From NCBI GenBank assembly GCA_964540145.1, contig CAZILS010000002.1:61601-125600 (forward strand): a stretch of 64,000 nucleotides of DNA, in the 5' to 3' direction. Numbering within the stretch: the stretch's first letter is position 1; each line of letters begins with the position of its first letter. Below, piece by piece: positions 37,330 through 47,528 of this stretch. A program made the translations under genes and the position numbers. Source of the DNA: an uncultured archaeon. Its GTDB lineage: Archaea > Iainarchaeota > Iainarchaeia > Iainarchaeales > CAZILS01. The notes under the pieces were generated by a model. That model searched no databases. It had not been told where the DNA came from and saw only the letters and a list, made by a program, of their open reading frames with translations.

Positions 37330-40320
37330 ATGAAAGGATTAAGCATAAAGAAGTTGGCTGCGATAGCAACCGGCGCTGCGCTTGTTGGAACCGCTTTGGC
37401 TCCAATAGCATCGGCGCTCTCGCTTTCAGAGCTGACTAACTCAGATATCTACGACTCCGGCGGCAGTCCTTCGGTCAGCATCGTTGTTGGTTCATTGGCC
37501 AACGTCAGCGATGTTGTCTGGGCAGGCAACATAGCCGCAAAGATAGCGGAGAAGGCATCAACTACGGGCACATGTACTGCCAGTGCGAGCGGAACATGCG
37601 GTGAGGACTACGTTGCAACATGCGACGACATCACCGCAAAGTTGACTATGGGCGGAACTGTGACCTTCGAGAATGCAAAAACATTCAAGACCGTCGACCT
37701 GAATTCGGCGACGCCGCATTCGGACACAAATAACGAGGTTCCGAAGACAAGTATTTCACAGACCGGCGGCCTTGACCACCTTGCCTATGGCACAACCACG
37801 TTCAAGTGGAACGGAACAACCTACCAGAGGCTCTTCAAGGAGACAATCGGGGTTAATATCGACGCCAAGTTCGACTACGAAATGGCCAGCATACAGGATC
37901 TTGTGGCGTACATGGATTCGTATGGGGACTTCAATTATGTCCTTGACCTCGGCGACGGTATACCCGCATACACATCCCTGACAAGCGCAGCTGCGTTCAC
38001 GGACGGAACCGATGACCACGTTGTTATCCCGTTCTTTGGAGAGGACTACGTTGTCTACTCGGTGGATGCAACTTCTTCGCCAACACATATCAGGCTGCTT
38101 AGGTCTGCAGGCAAGGAAAGCTACAGCGAGGGAGACACAATAACAGGTCTTACCGGAAAGAACGACTACGACGGGCAGGAGCTCACAGTCGAGTTCTCAG
38201 ACGTAAGGCAGGAAGGTGCCGCAACAGTGACTTACAAGGCGCTCTTCAGGCTTTATGACGAAGAGGGCAACCTCGCAGCCGAGGAGCTTGTCTCATCGGG
38301 GGAATACCTTGACGATGCGCTCATGGTGAACGGCAATGAGGTTCTTGGAACACAGGTTTACATCGACTCTATCGGTGTGTCTCCAACCAAGGCGACAGGC
38401 GAAGTTTTCGTCCTGAGGGGAGAGAACATCGTTGAGCTCTACGACGACAGGGGATACCCCTACGACTCGACAGCCACAAGCTATGACTGGAGAGCCAACA
38501 TAACCGTCGACGGCAACTACCTGAAGACCATCAGCATAAAGAACGATGCGGTTCTCTGGAATTACCAGAATCCCATATACGCAACCACAGGCGCACTCAC
38601 CGACACCACCGACAAGACCACTGAGGCAGTGTTCCTTGGAGGTACAGGGGATATCGGGGAAGGCTATGCAAGCGTTCTTTTCAACGGGTTCGAGCAGGAC
38701 GAGTCAATAACCTCTGTAAAAATCGGTGCGGACTGCGAGAAAAACAGCTACTCGAGCACATGCCTAACCTACTACGACACTCTCGACACCAAGCACGAGG
38801 TACCTTTCCTCATAGACCTGCCAATCGTTTCGACAGGCAGTTTCAGCTTTGACGGAAAGACCATCTACTACGCTACAAGCGGAGGCGGAACAGGGAACAC
38901 GGTTGACTTCAACCTGACTACCGGAACTGCGGTAAACCTGAACGGTATTGATTTAAACCTCTATACCGGAAATGATGTTGCGAGTGATGGGTACGACTAC
39001 AACTTCTCGACCCTGACAAACCACAGCTTCCAGGACGGCAGTTCCGCGGACGTCAACATACTTGGCGACAACCAGGTAATTGACATCAACGGGGTGAACT
39101 TCACTGTGGTTGACGCCAATGCAGATGCGACCTGCGGAATAGCTTCGGACGGGAACTGTGCCACAAAGGTAATCACAGTAAGGTCGGACGGCAACATAGC
39201 TTTCGCTAAGACGTCGTTCACTTCCTCACCCAGTGAATTCTACGAATACACAAACCAGCTCAACCACTCGTTCTACTATGACGACTTGAACGCATTGCAG
39301 GGCGCCTATGAGGATGCCCCGGTGCAGCTCACAGGCATAGGCGACACGCAGACCTACAACTACGCACTGTTTGCGGATGAGGCCAGGAACCATATCTACC
39401 TCCTGCTCGACTCCTCGACAAACTTTGCGGTCCAGTACAACAAGGACATCGCGTTCTTGGGAACTGACACAGGAGAGAACGGAATGATGGTAGGGATCGA
39501 CTCGAACACATACTACATACCTGACACATCGTTGTACGGGAACCTCTATTCGTCAAGCGACACTGCGTTCAATATCGCGACCATCAGCCTCGATGCCGAT
39601 GAGGATGGAACCTATGACGCAAACGTCTATGTCGACACAGCTGACGGCAAGCTCGTTGACTACCCGAACAACAACTTGAGCACCTACAGCTCAGATGTCA
39701 ACTACAACTACGCCAGTGCGGATGCCACCTTCGCCTCTATTTGGGCGATGGACGACTACGCAGACTCCACAAGCCAGCCTAACAAGGCATACGACGACTT
39801 CGGCACAAAGTACACCATAAGCGACGGTGTGCTGACAGTGGCTATACCTGAGAACAGGCCCAAGCCGGTCATAGTCGTTAAGGGATCGGGAACAACCTCG
39901 GTTGCTTCCGGTGGAGAAACCTCAGACTACCTCGCTGAGGGAGCAACCTGGGAGACAGACGCCGGTACAAAGATCACCATCTCCGAGCTTGTTGTCGGCA
40001 CAGCAACATGTGCAGGCGAAGCAGGCGGAGAAGTGACTTGCACCGCGAGCCCATCGACATACACAATGCCTGCATCGGTAGATAGGCTAGTGTACCTCGA
40101 CAAGGACGCACCTGCGGGAAAGCGCGTCATAGTCGGAGGTCCTGTTGTCAACACACTCGCGGCACAGGTGCCGGGCCTGAAAGACAGGCTGACAGCCAGC
40201 GGAGTCTATATGGCTGAGATAGATGATGTCAGCGGTGATATCATTGTCGCAGGCTACCACAAGGAAGACACTGCAATGGCTGCCCAGGAACTCATCGACG
40301 CAATCGATGCTCTGGCATAA
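37330..40320 (+). CDS. S-layer-like major surface protein
   Basis: Start at MKGLSIKKLAAIATGAALVGTALAPIASA (S-layer N-terminal signal style as in Methanococcales), preceded by GAGGTGA. About 996 aa, rich in T/S/D/N/Y/G and poor in K/R. C-terminus VIVGGPVVNTLAAQV...IVAGYHKEDTAMAAQELIDAI. Followed by a strong terminator. Confidence 0.7.
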   Translation: MKGLSIKKLAAIATGAALVGTALAPIASALSLSELTNSDIYDSGGSPSVSIVVGSLANVSDVVWAGNIAAKIAEKASTTGTCTASASGTCGEDYVATCDDITAKLTMGGTVTFENAKTFKTVDLNSATPHSDTNNEVPKTSISQTGGLDHLAYGTTTFKWNGTTYQRLFKETIGVNIDAKFDYEMASIQDLVAYMDSYGDFNYVLDLGDGIPAYTSLTSAAAFTDGTDDHVVIPFFGEDYVVYSVDATSSPTHIRLLRSAGKESYSEGDTITGLTGKNDYDGQELTVEFSDVRQEGAATVTYKALFRLYDEEGNLAAEELVSSGEYLDDALMVNGNEVLGTQVYIDSIGVSPTKATGEVFVLRGENIVELYDDRGYPYDSTATSYDWRANITVDGNYLKTISIKNDAVLWNYQNPIYATTGALTDTTDKTTEAVFLGGTGDIGEGYASVLFNGFEQDESITSVKIGADCEKNSYSSTCLTYYDTLDTKHEVPFLIDLPIVSTGSFSFDGKTIYYATSGGGTGNTVDFNLTTGTAVNLNGIDLNLYTGNDVASDGYDYNFSTLTNHSFQDGSSADVNILGDNQVIDINGVNFTVVDANADATCGIASDGNCATKVITVRSDGNIAFAKTSFTSSPSEFYEYTNQLNHSFYYDDLNALQGAYEDAPVQLTGIGDTQTYNYALFADEARNHIYLLLDSSTNFAVQYNKDIAFLGTDTGENGMMVGIDSNTYYIPDTSLYGNLYSSSDTAFNIATISLDADEDGTYDANVYVDTADGKLVDYPNNNLSTYSSDVNYNYASADATFASIWAMDDYADSTSQPNKAYDDFGTKYTISDGVLTVAIPENRPKPVIVVKGSGTTSVASGGETSDYLAEGATWETDAGTKITISELVVGTATCAGEAGGEVTCTASPSTYTMPASVDRLVYLDKDAPAGKRVIVGGPVVNTLAAQVPGLKDRLTASGVYMAEIDDVSGDIIVAGYHKEDTAMAAQELIDAIDALA

Positions 40321-40331
40321 ATAATTCGCTC

Positions 40332-40371
40332 TGTGGCTGTGTAAAAGCAGCCACACCTTTTTCTTTTTTTT
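40332..40371 (+). terminator. Hairpin plus oligo-T terminator after the S-layer gene
   Basis: A perfect 8-bp stem, TGTGGCTG (40332-40339) with CAGCCACA (40348-40355), and an 8-nt loop. Followed by TTTTTCTTTTTTTT (40358-40371). Confidence 0.55.
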
Positions 40372-40509
40372 AACGGCTTCAGCCTTCGGCACCCCGCGAG
40401 GCACCTTCCTCCGGTCGGCACCCTCGCAAGCGGGCTCGGCCCGGGTAATTTAGGCAAAATCCCTAATCGAAAGCCTCACTTTAAATTACTTTTTAGCCTA
40501 TCATTTAGC

Positions 40510-41115
40510 ATGATCGCCTTCGATAAATACAACCTTATCGCAGCGGCAGTAATAATCCTTATCGCGGCAAGCGCCTACATCATACTCACAGCTCCGGACC
40601 CTCTTGCCTATGAGAAGGGCGATGTTATATTTACGTCTGCGGAGGGATATCCGCAGGAGGCACTTTCCGCCCTTTCTTCCTCCCAAAGCTTTATTGTCTC
40701 CCCCTATCTCGAGGAGCAGGGAGGGGTAAACCCCTACATGTCACAAGGTTCAAGCATACCCCTGGTTGTCCTCGGAAGCAACGGCAAAACCGCGGTTATG
40801 CTCGCAAGAGTCTATGTGGACGGCCAGCTCAGCTACTGCCAGACCAATGACGGCGATGTGAAGGTAAGCAGGCGCGTGGAGAAGGCTGAATGTGAAACAA
40901 TTCTCAATGACGCAAGTTATGTTTCCATCCTTATAGAGCCCCCGGCTGAAGGCTCTGAAAAATCAAAAATTTCCATCGCCGGCAGTAAGATAACAATCCT
41001 CCCCTCGGACTATGCCGCAATCGCCTCCTCAACCTATATTCTCATGTCGGAGATGTACCCCAACACCGACGATATCCTAAAGACAGTCAATGATTACATG
41101 GGCCGGTTAGGGTAA
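40510..41115 (+). CDS. Hypothetical N-terminally anchored extracellular protein
   Basis: 201 aa. One N-terminal TM helix (LIAAAVIILIAASAYIIL). No recognised family. TATA-like TTTAAATTA about 25 nt upstream. Confidence 0.45.
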   Translation: MIAFDKYNLIAAAVIILIAASAYIILTAPDPLAYEKGDVIFTSAEGYPQEALSALSSSQSFIVSPYLEEQGGVNPYMSQGSSIPLVVLGSNGKTAVMLARVYVDGQLSYCQTNDGDVKVSRRVEKAECETILNDASYVSILIEPPAEGSEKSKISIAGSKITILPSDYAAIASSTYILMSEMYPNTDDILKTVNDYMGRLG

Positions 41116-41120
41116 GAGCC

Positions 41121-42122
41121 ATGAACAAATACCTCAGAAATGCGGTTATTTTCCTAATTTTCCTGTTTGCGCTTTTCGGAGCTCTCGCAGGGGCAACAGG
41201 CGCCCTAACCGTTCTGGGGGGCGCAAACCCCTATTTATTGCTATCGGGATGCCTTTTTTTCATCGGTTCAATAGCAATATGGGTTATTTCATGGGCTTAT
41301 TTGATAAGAAAACGCCATAATATACCCTACAGCAAACTCACTGAAATAGGCTTTAGCTCGGTTTATGGTGCTCTCACCCCTGTCCAGCTGGGGGCAGAAG
41401 CACTTAGGTCAATCCTGCTCAAAAATCGTTATAGTGTCCCCTACACAGACTCGATTTCGGCTTCCATGGTTGTTAAGGGAGCAAAGTTCCTTGTCATCCT
41501 CATTGCGGCACTTATTGTCTTTTCCCTTTTCCTCTATGCGATGCCGATGCCCCTGCCCCTGCTGGCTGCATTTTCCTCAGGTCTTATAGTCATCGCCCTC
41601 GCCGCCCTTATTTTCCTTGCGCCTTTCAATAAAAAATTTGCAGAAAAAACCACATCCCTCCTCGAAAAACTCTCAAACAGGCTTACTTTTTTCTCCCCTT
41701 TGCACAGGTTAATTTCCCGGTATGTATCTTACCTTACAGAAACAAAATCTTCCTTTTTTTTCATCCTTGTCCTTTCCATAATCTCATGGGCGCTGGAGGT
41801 TGCTGCCCTGCAATTCTCTTTCCTCGCCCTCGGGATAAACCTTTACTTACAGCCTTTACTTATCCTCGCTGTCCTTGTTTCAATACTCGAGAGGACACCA
41901 TTCCTTCCAAGAGGGATAGGTGCGGTTGAATTTGCCGGGGCGTACATACTTTTCTACATCCCGAACATGGCTTCGCAGCCACTTTCGCTTGGGGAGATAG
42001 CCGCAGTCCTGATATTGTTTGGCGTTGTTAGGCTGGTGGTCCCCACAATCCTTAGCATAATCTTCGCTTCGCTTTCCCTAAAGTTTCCCGAAGCAGGCAA
42101 GCACAATGAGGCAGTTAACTAA
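41121..42122 (+). CDS. Flippase-like / LPG-synthase-TM (UPF0104) family membrane protein
   Basis: 333 aa, about eight TM helices, with the characteristic LERTPFLPRGIGAVEFAG motif near the C-terminus. Confidence 0.65.
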   Translation: MNKYLRNAVIFLIFLFALFGALAGATGALTVLGGANPYLLLSGCLFFIGSIAIWVISWAYLIRKRHNIPYSKLTEIGFSSVYGALTPVQLGAEALRSILLKNRYSVPYTDSISASMVVKGAKFLVILIAALIVFSLFLYAMPMPLPLLAAFSSGLIVIALAALIFLAPFNKKFAEKTTSLLEKLSNRLTFFSPLHRLISRYVSYLTETKSSFFFILVLSIISWALEVAALQFSFLALGINLYLQPLLILAVLVSILERTPFLPRGIGAVEFAGAYILFYIPNMASQPLSLGEIAAVLILFGVVRLVVPTILSIIFASLSLKFPEAGKHNEAVN

Positions 42123-43025
42123 AACAATTCCCCATATAACCGCAACAACTTTCCACTCTTTCATCGGCCCAACAACCCTGACAATAAGCTTGGCAAAATC
42201 ATACCTCACTCTCCCGCCCCTGTATTCCGGAATCGATATCCTCCCTTTGCCATCGAGCGCGTAAGGCCTCTCCCTTGCCTGGCTCATGTCCCCCGTATTT
42301 GTAAGCGCCTTCAGCGCAAGGTCTATAACATGCGGAAGGAACATCATTGCGCCCATAATAATCATCTGCAGGTTTGCCTGTATAACGAGAAGTGTGGCAA
42401 TGCCCCCCCCTATTGCAAGCGTTCCGCTGTCCCCCGGAAAAACCTTTGCAGGATACCTGTTCCAGGCAAGCAGGCCAAGGATTGCCCCGCTAAGCATGAA
42501 TGCAAGCGGCGCAAGCCAGCTCCCCAAAAAAGAATAGGCAACGGCAACACTTATTATAAAGCCGGAACCGACCTCCCATCCGTTAAGCCCGGCAAATGTA
42601 TTTTCGAAAGATGCAAGAACCGCAATGTAAAGCGCCATCGGCGCGGCCATAAGGAGAGGTTCCGCATAGATGCTTGCAAAGACAAATGAAACAACCGCAA
42701 TTATCGCCGCCCTTAATCCCCACGGCACAGGCTTGCTGAAAAACTTCTGCCTTGTGTCATCCATAAACCCGACAATTCCAAACACCCCTGCCAGTATAGC
42801 CCACGGGAGCGCTTCCCAAATCCCGTTGAGGTAGAGGTATCCCCCCATAACTATGAAGACAGGAAGAAGCGCCATTCCCGCGCTCTCGCAGACTTTCGGC
42901 TGCCCTTTCTTGTTGATGTCAACCCCGACCACAACCCGCCCCGAAAGGTTAAGCCTGCGGTAAATCCCGACCGAAAAAACCGACAGGATAAGCGAGAGCG
43001 CAAAAACGCTGAACCAATCCATCAC
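42078..43025 (-). CDS. aglH: Glycosyltransferase family 4 (MraY/WecA/AglH-like) polyprenyl-phosphate HexNAc-1-P transferase
   Basis: 315 aa polytopic protein. GFMDDTRQ and VFPGDSGTLAIGG motifs. Confidence 0.75.
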   Translation of the reverse strand: MMDWFSVFALSLILSVFSVGIYRRLNLSGRVVVGVDINKKGQPKVCESAGMALLPVFIVMGGYLYLNGIWEALPWAILAGVFGIVGFMDDTRQKFFSKPVPWGLRAAIIAVVSFVFASIYAEPLLMAAPMALYIAVLASFENTFAGLNGWEVGSGFIISVAVAYSFLGSWLAPLAFMLSGAILGLLAWNRYPAKVFPGDSGTLAIGGGIATLLVIQANLQMIIMGAMMFLPHVIDLALKALTNTGDMSQARERPYALDGKGRISIPEYRGGRVRYDFAKLIVRVVGPMKEWKVVAVIWGIVLVNCLIVLACFGKL

Positions 43026-44278
43026 TCCACCTTCATAAGCTCCCTTAGGACGGTTGTCGCATAGCTCCCCTTCTCAAGGCTGAAAGAAATAACCGCTTTC
43101 AGCGAGCCCTCATTTAGTTCATCCTCTTCAATCTTTATTAACTTGAGCTTTTCGGGGAAGAGCGCAATCCTTTTCCTCCCGCCCTTGGCGCTCAGCTCGG
43201 GAAACTCCCTCACTTTGAAATCCTCAAGCGTCAACCCTTCCTTGCCAAGAACCTCCTTCTCTATCTCGCCGGCCTTCCCCTCCGCAAACTCAGACTCAAA
43301 CCCGAGAAGAGGGATTGTAGGAACCCCTCCCTCAAGAATATCCCCCTCAACCTTCCCCAGACCAAAGCCCTCCTCAAACCGCCTCTCTATAATCCTGTTG
43401 TAGAGGAAGCTCTGGTATGCGTGCGTGAAAAGATACTGCATGTGCTTTGGCAACTTCCTGAAGGCGCCTATGTAATCTGAAGGGTATTTGCAGAGGTGGT
43501 GTATTATGGAACGCTCATACCGAAACTTTGCGGGGAACTCCCTTATCGCCCTTGAAAAATCCTTGGTTTTTGCAAGGGACATCCTTGCGTTCTTTACCTC
43601 TTCCTCTTCCTGCGGAAAAGTCGCCGTAAGGTAAAGCATAACCCCGTCCTCAAAATTTCCTTTAATAAACTCCTTTCCGACAAGATGCGTCACTTTCCTC
43701 GCACCGCCAAACCTCTGCTCCCCGAAGTAGTTTGCTATGCCTCCCTCCATTTCCACGAAGCCTTTCTCAATTTTTTCCTTAAGTTCCTTCTCTTTGAACT
43801 TCAGGCCCCTCACGGTTATCGTGAACCTGTTTCCCTTAAGGCCGCCAATCTCAACCCTGTCCTTTTCCCAGACAGGATTCCTTAATGCAACATACCTTGA
43901 CCTAAAATTCTCCAGCCTTTCAACATCGGGCTTCCATATTGAAATCCTCTGCGAGGTTATTGCCCTTTTATCCTTCAGCCCTGCGTAGCCTATCCTCTTG
44001 CCGCTGACCTGCAAAAATCTTGTTATCATCCTTATCGCATTCTGCTGGTCTGAATTAAATTTTTCAAGAACAACAACCAGCTGCTCCTTTCCCGCCCCTC
44101 CATCGGAGGGGGGCGGAGTAGGAACCTTAAACCCACAGTCCTTTTTCTCCTCGGCCGTAAAACACTTAACTTCGCAAACCTCTCCATCGGGAGTTATCTC
44201 CTCGACGATGAAATCGGCTATCCTTCTCTTTATCAGGCCGCCAATACCTTCACTCTTCGTAGAATAATTAGTCTTCAA
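43022..44278 (-). CDS. truD: tRNA pseudouridine synthase TruD/Pus7
   Basis: 418 aa. ADFIVEEI and GYAGLKDKRAITSQR catalytic motif. Confidence 0.85.
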   Translation of the reverse strand: MKTNYSTKSEGIGGLIKRRIADFIVEEITPDGEVCEVKCFTAEEKKDCGFKVPTPPPSDGGAGKEQLVVVLEKFNSDQQNAIRMITRFLQVSGKRIGYAGLKDKRAITSQRISIWKPDVERLENFRSRYVALRNPVWEKDRVEIGGLKGNRFTITVRGLKFKEKELKEKIEKGFVEMEGGIANYFGEQRFGGARKVTHLVGKEFIKGNFEDGVMLYLTATFPQEEEEVKNARMSLAKTKDFSRAIREFPAKFRYERSIIHHLCKYPSDYIGAFRKLPKHMQYLFTHAYQSFLYNRIIERRFEEGFGLGKVEGDILEGGVPTIPLLGFESEFAEGKAGEIEKEVLGKEGLTLEDFKVREFPELSAKGGRKRIALFPEKLKLIKIEEDELNEGSLKAVISFSLEKGSYATTVLRELMKVE

Positions 44279-44288
44279 TTGAATCCCG

Positions 44289-45530
44289 TTACTTATATCT
44301 CAGCATTGCGCCTATGCCGCCAAACGCCTTAAAGAACTGCTCCCCCTCGGGAGTGTCGGTTGAGACAAGGCGGACATCGGCGCCTGTGCTTTGCGCCTTC
44401 TCAAGGAGATAGTCTGTGTAGTCGATTTCCTCAAGCACCTCGTACTTCGAGCCGCATTCGCAGTCTGCCTTGGCAAGCTCGAAAGGCGGTGCCTTTTTCT
44501 TGATTATCTTTTCTTTTCCGCAAGAGGTGCACTTAACCTTGAAAACAACCCATTCCAAATCTTCGGATATCAGCACCTCGCTCACTTTCCCCAAGTCCAA
44601 TGCCTCCTCAATCTCCTTCTCGCCGTATGTTGCGAGCGCACCCTTCGCAGCTTCCCCGAAAAAGTTGCTGACAAGCTCCTTCTCCCTCATTATATCCGTA
44701 TCCTTCAGGAGTTCCCCGGATTTCTGCAGCGCTTCCCTCACACCCGACTCGTCGGTGTAGCTTGTGTCAATCTGCCCTATAATCTTGCTTTTTATCCTGT
44801 GGTCAATTTCCCCCTTTTCAAGGAAGTAATTCTTTGTCATCCCGGGACCCGCAACTATCACTCCCGCGAGCTTGTCCCCATACGGCAAAAATATTTGGTC
44901 AACCTTTTCGGAGATCCTCTTGAAAAATTCCTGGGTTGCCTCCTCCCTCAAATGCTCAAACCTCTTCGCGCTCTGGCCCCCGGCCCTTGTCTTTCCGGCA
45001 ACCCCCGAAGAGAAGTGCCCCGCAATCTCGTATTTTTTCCCCGATATTGTCGCGATAACAGATTCGTTTTTGTCTATCGTAACCAAACCGTAAACTTCCC
45101 TGGGTTTTATCATCTCCTTCAAGGGGGCGAGATGGAACTCCGAATCGCACCAGTAAAGCTTTGTCTTGAGTTCTGCGGGGGGCCTGACCGTGAAAAGCCT
45201 TATGTCGGTCCTGCCCTCGGCCTCCGAAACATTCCCCGCAAAGACAACAAGCCCTGTTTTCGGTATCCTGAAATCTATCTGCTTGAGGAAATTGATTATC
45301 TTTCTTAAAGCTCCCTGGACATTTTTCCTTGTCTGCGGGCTCTTTATGTTCGAGCTCTGGGAAATCTCTTCAGTGAGTGTTCCCATAACGCTTCCCCGGT
45401 CTGTGTTGGGAGGAATATATTGGCTAATCAGTTCAGTACCTCGACCCTTGTACTTGGACAGTTTTTCAACTTTCTTCTTGAAAACAGCGACCTCTGCTTC
45501 GCTTACTTCCTGCATATGCTGTTTTGCCAT
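44289..45530 (-). CDS. prf1: Peptide chain release factor aRF1
   Basis: 413 aa. NIKS and GGQSAKRF motifs. Confidence 0.9.
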   Translation of the reverse strand: MAKQHMQEVSEAEVAVFKKKVEKLSKYKGRGTELISQYIPPNTDRGSVMGTLTEEISQSSNIKSPQTRKNVQGALRKIINFLKQIDFRIPKTGLVVFAGNVSEAEGRTDIRLFTVRPPAELKTKLYWCDSEFHLAPLKEMIKPREVYGLVTIDKNESVIATISGKKYEIAGHFSSGVAGKTRAGGQSAKRFEHLREEATQEFFKRISEKVDQIFLPYGDKLAGVIVAGPGMTKNYFLEKGEIDHRIKSKIIGQIDTSYTDESGVREALQKSGELLKDTDIMREKELVSNFFGEAAKGALATYGEKEIEEALDLGKVSEVLISEDLEWVVFKVKCTSCGKEKIIKKKAPPFELAKADCECGSKYEVLEEIDYTDYLLEKAQSTGADVRLVSTDTPEGEQFFKAFGGIGAMLRYK

Positions 45531-45620
45531 AAAATTCGCCCTCTTGCCGCCAACTCCGGGAAGGCTCTATATTTTTATACCACAATAGCTTATTATTACT
45601 TTGGTGAAATTTTGCTGGAC

Positions 45621-46454
45621 ATGTTTGAAATGTATAACCGGGATTCTTCGGGCCCAGATTCTGAAGATTCCCCCTCCCCTCCTCCTTCCGAAGGCCCCTC
45701 TTACGGCGGCTATGGCTGCCCGAGTCCGGGACAGATTTTTGTTGTTTCTGCAGGAGGCTCAATCTTTTTCGGGAGAAAGCCCGACACCGCGGCGATGGCT
45801 AAGTTCTCCGAAACAATAAGGCGCCTCGCCTCCCGGGGAAATCGTTTTGTGATTGTTGCGGGAGGGGGGCAGACCGCAAGGAACTATGTTGCCGCAGGCA
45901 AAACCCTGGGTGCAAACAATTACAGCCTTGACAAGCTCGGGATACTTGCGACAAGGCTAAACGCATCCCTGCTTATAGAGTCCCTTGAGCGCGCGCATCC
46001 GCAGGTCTTCACCTCGATTGAGGATGCCCCCGCGGCCCTTGATTCCGGAAAGGTCGCGATTTTCGGCGGCCTTATGCCGAGCTTCACAACAGATGCTGTC
46101 GCAGCGCTTATCGCGGAATCCCTCAATGCAAATTTCATAAACCTCAGCGATGTCGACGGCGTTTACAGCGCAGACCCGAAAAAAAACCCGCGGGCAACTT
46201 TTTATCCCGCCCTAAGTTACGACCGCCTGATAAGCCTGATGAAATTTGCAAAATCCAAGCCGGGCCAGAAGGTTGTTTTAGACCTGCCTTGCTGCCTAAT
46301 TTTGCGAAGGAGCAACATCAAAGCCATGATAATGAACGGCCACGAGCTTGATAATTTTGAGAGGGCTGTGAACGGGGAGGAATTCAAAGGCACAACCGTG
46401 GAGGATAGCGGGGAGGAACCAATATCCTCGTCGGAAGATATCGAAGATGCCTAA
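45621..46454 (+). CDS. pyrH: UMP kinase (archaeal PyrH) with low-complexity N-terminal extension
   Basis: Start taken at ATG 45621, with a TATATTTTTATA box about 45 nt upstream; the ORF track opens inside prf1. Core IFVVSAGGS...FVIVAGGGQTARNY. S/P/G-rich first ~35 aa and an acidic C-terminus. Confidence 0.75.
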   Translation: MFEMYNRDSSGPDSEDSPSPPPSEGPSYGGYGCPSPGQIFVVSAGGSIFFGRKPDTAAMAKFSETIRRLASRGNRFVIVAGGGQTARNYVAAGKTLGANNYSLDKLGILATRLNASLLIESLERAHPQVFTSIEDAPAALDSGKVAIFGGLMPSFTTDAVAALIAESLNANFINLSDVDGVYSADPKKNPRATFYPALSYDRLISLMKFAKSKPGQKVVLDLPCCLILRRSNIKAMIMNGHELDNFERAVNGEEFKGTTVEDSGEEPISSSEDIEDA

Positions 46455-47491
46455 TCCCTGAAATTGAAGAACTCGTACTCCTCAAACTTCCTCTCGCCAA
46501 GAAGTATCTCAAGTTCCTTTGGATTGAGGACAGGAACTTTGAACCTGGAAACATCATCGCTTGCTATCCTCGGGCATGCGGTATTTACAAAACAGTCAAC
46601 CCCGAAGTAATTGAGGTTTTCAGGGAAGAGGTTATCTGCGGCAAGGATGATTGCCCCTTTCCCCCCCTTTTCAATCTTCTTCTTAAGCTCCATTGCCTCC
46701 CCCTGCCTCTCCTGGCCTTTCTTCGTGCTCACAACAATCCCAAACAGCTTCGCATCCCTCGCGCTTTCTATAACCGCAAACCGTTGCCTCAGAAAAAGGT
46801 CCTTCTCCTTCCGCAGCATCCTGACGTTCCCGGAAACAGGGTTTGCTATGACAACAGGCTTATCTGTGTGGTATGAAATCCCTATTGGGTGGAAAACACC
46901 ATCCCCTATGAAGATAATCGCATCAACCTTATTCTCGACATCGTCTATTGCGGAGTAATTGCAGCCAAGCAACTGCCCCGGAAATGAAACAGCCTTGTTC
47001 CCCTTCCCTACGAAAACCTTGATTTTACCGGCATCAAGAATTTTTGAAACACCATCCATAAACCCGATGTACTGTACGGTTCCGGAGATAGCAACTTTCC
47101 CATATTTCTTTTCCCTCATCTTCTCAAGGATGCTTTTCCCAAACTTCTCCAGCTTTGCCTCCTTCACACCATAATGTACGGGAAGGTAAATTGTGGGGAG
47201 CCCGGACTTAATCAGCTTTGTGTGCCCGAAATGGACAAGAAGAGTTGCGCCAAGCTGCTTAGCCTCGCGGTCCTTCAAATCACAAGCCCCATAACAAGGT
47301 TCGGCAAAAAGTATCACGCTTGCGCCGGTCCCCTGCTCAATCTCCCCGATAATATCCTTTGCTTTTGTTATAAGGCCCTCGGGAATCTGGACAGCAACCT
47401 TTTTTGCCTTTCTTTTCTTTATTTCCTTTATTGCCTTTCCAAATTCCGGGTAAAGCTCCCGCTCCCCCGCCCCATTGTTTTCCCCGGCCAT
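46451..47491 (-). CDS. dph2: Diphthamide synthesis protein Dph2 (2-(3-amino-3-carboxypropyl)histidine synthase)
   Basis: 346 aa. KKVAVQIPEGL, FAEPCYGACD, NTACPRI patterns. Confidence 0.8.
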   Translation of the reverse strand: MAGENNGAGERELYPEFGKAIKEIKKRKAKKVAVQIPEGLITKAKDIIGEIEQGTGASVILFAEPCYGACDLKDREAKQLGATLLVHFGHTKLIKSGLPTIYLPVHYGVKEAKLEKFGKSILEKMREKKYGKVAISGTVQYIGFMDGVSKILDAGKIKVFVGKGNKAVSFPGQLLGCNYSAIDDVENKVDAIIFIGDGVFHPIGISYHTDKPVVIANPVSGNVRMLRKEKDLFLRQRFAVIESARDAKLFGIVVSTKKGQERQGEAMELKKKIEKGGKGAIILAADNLFPENLNYFGVDCFVNTACPRIASDDVSRFKVPVLNPKELEILLGERKFEEYEFFNFRD

Positions 47492-47528
47492 AGAAAGAGA
47501 ATGCGCAAACAGAAATATAAGCCTTAAC

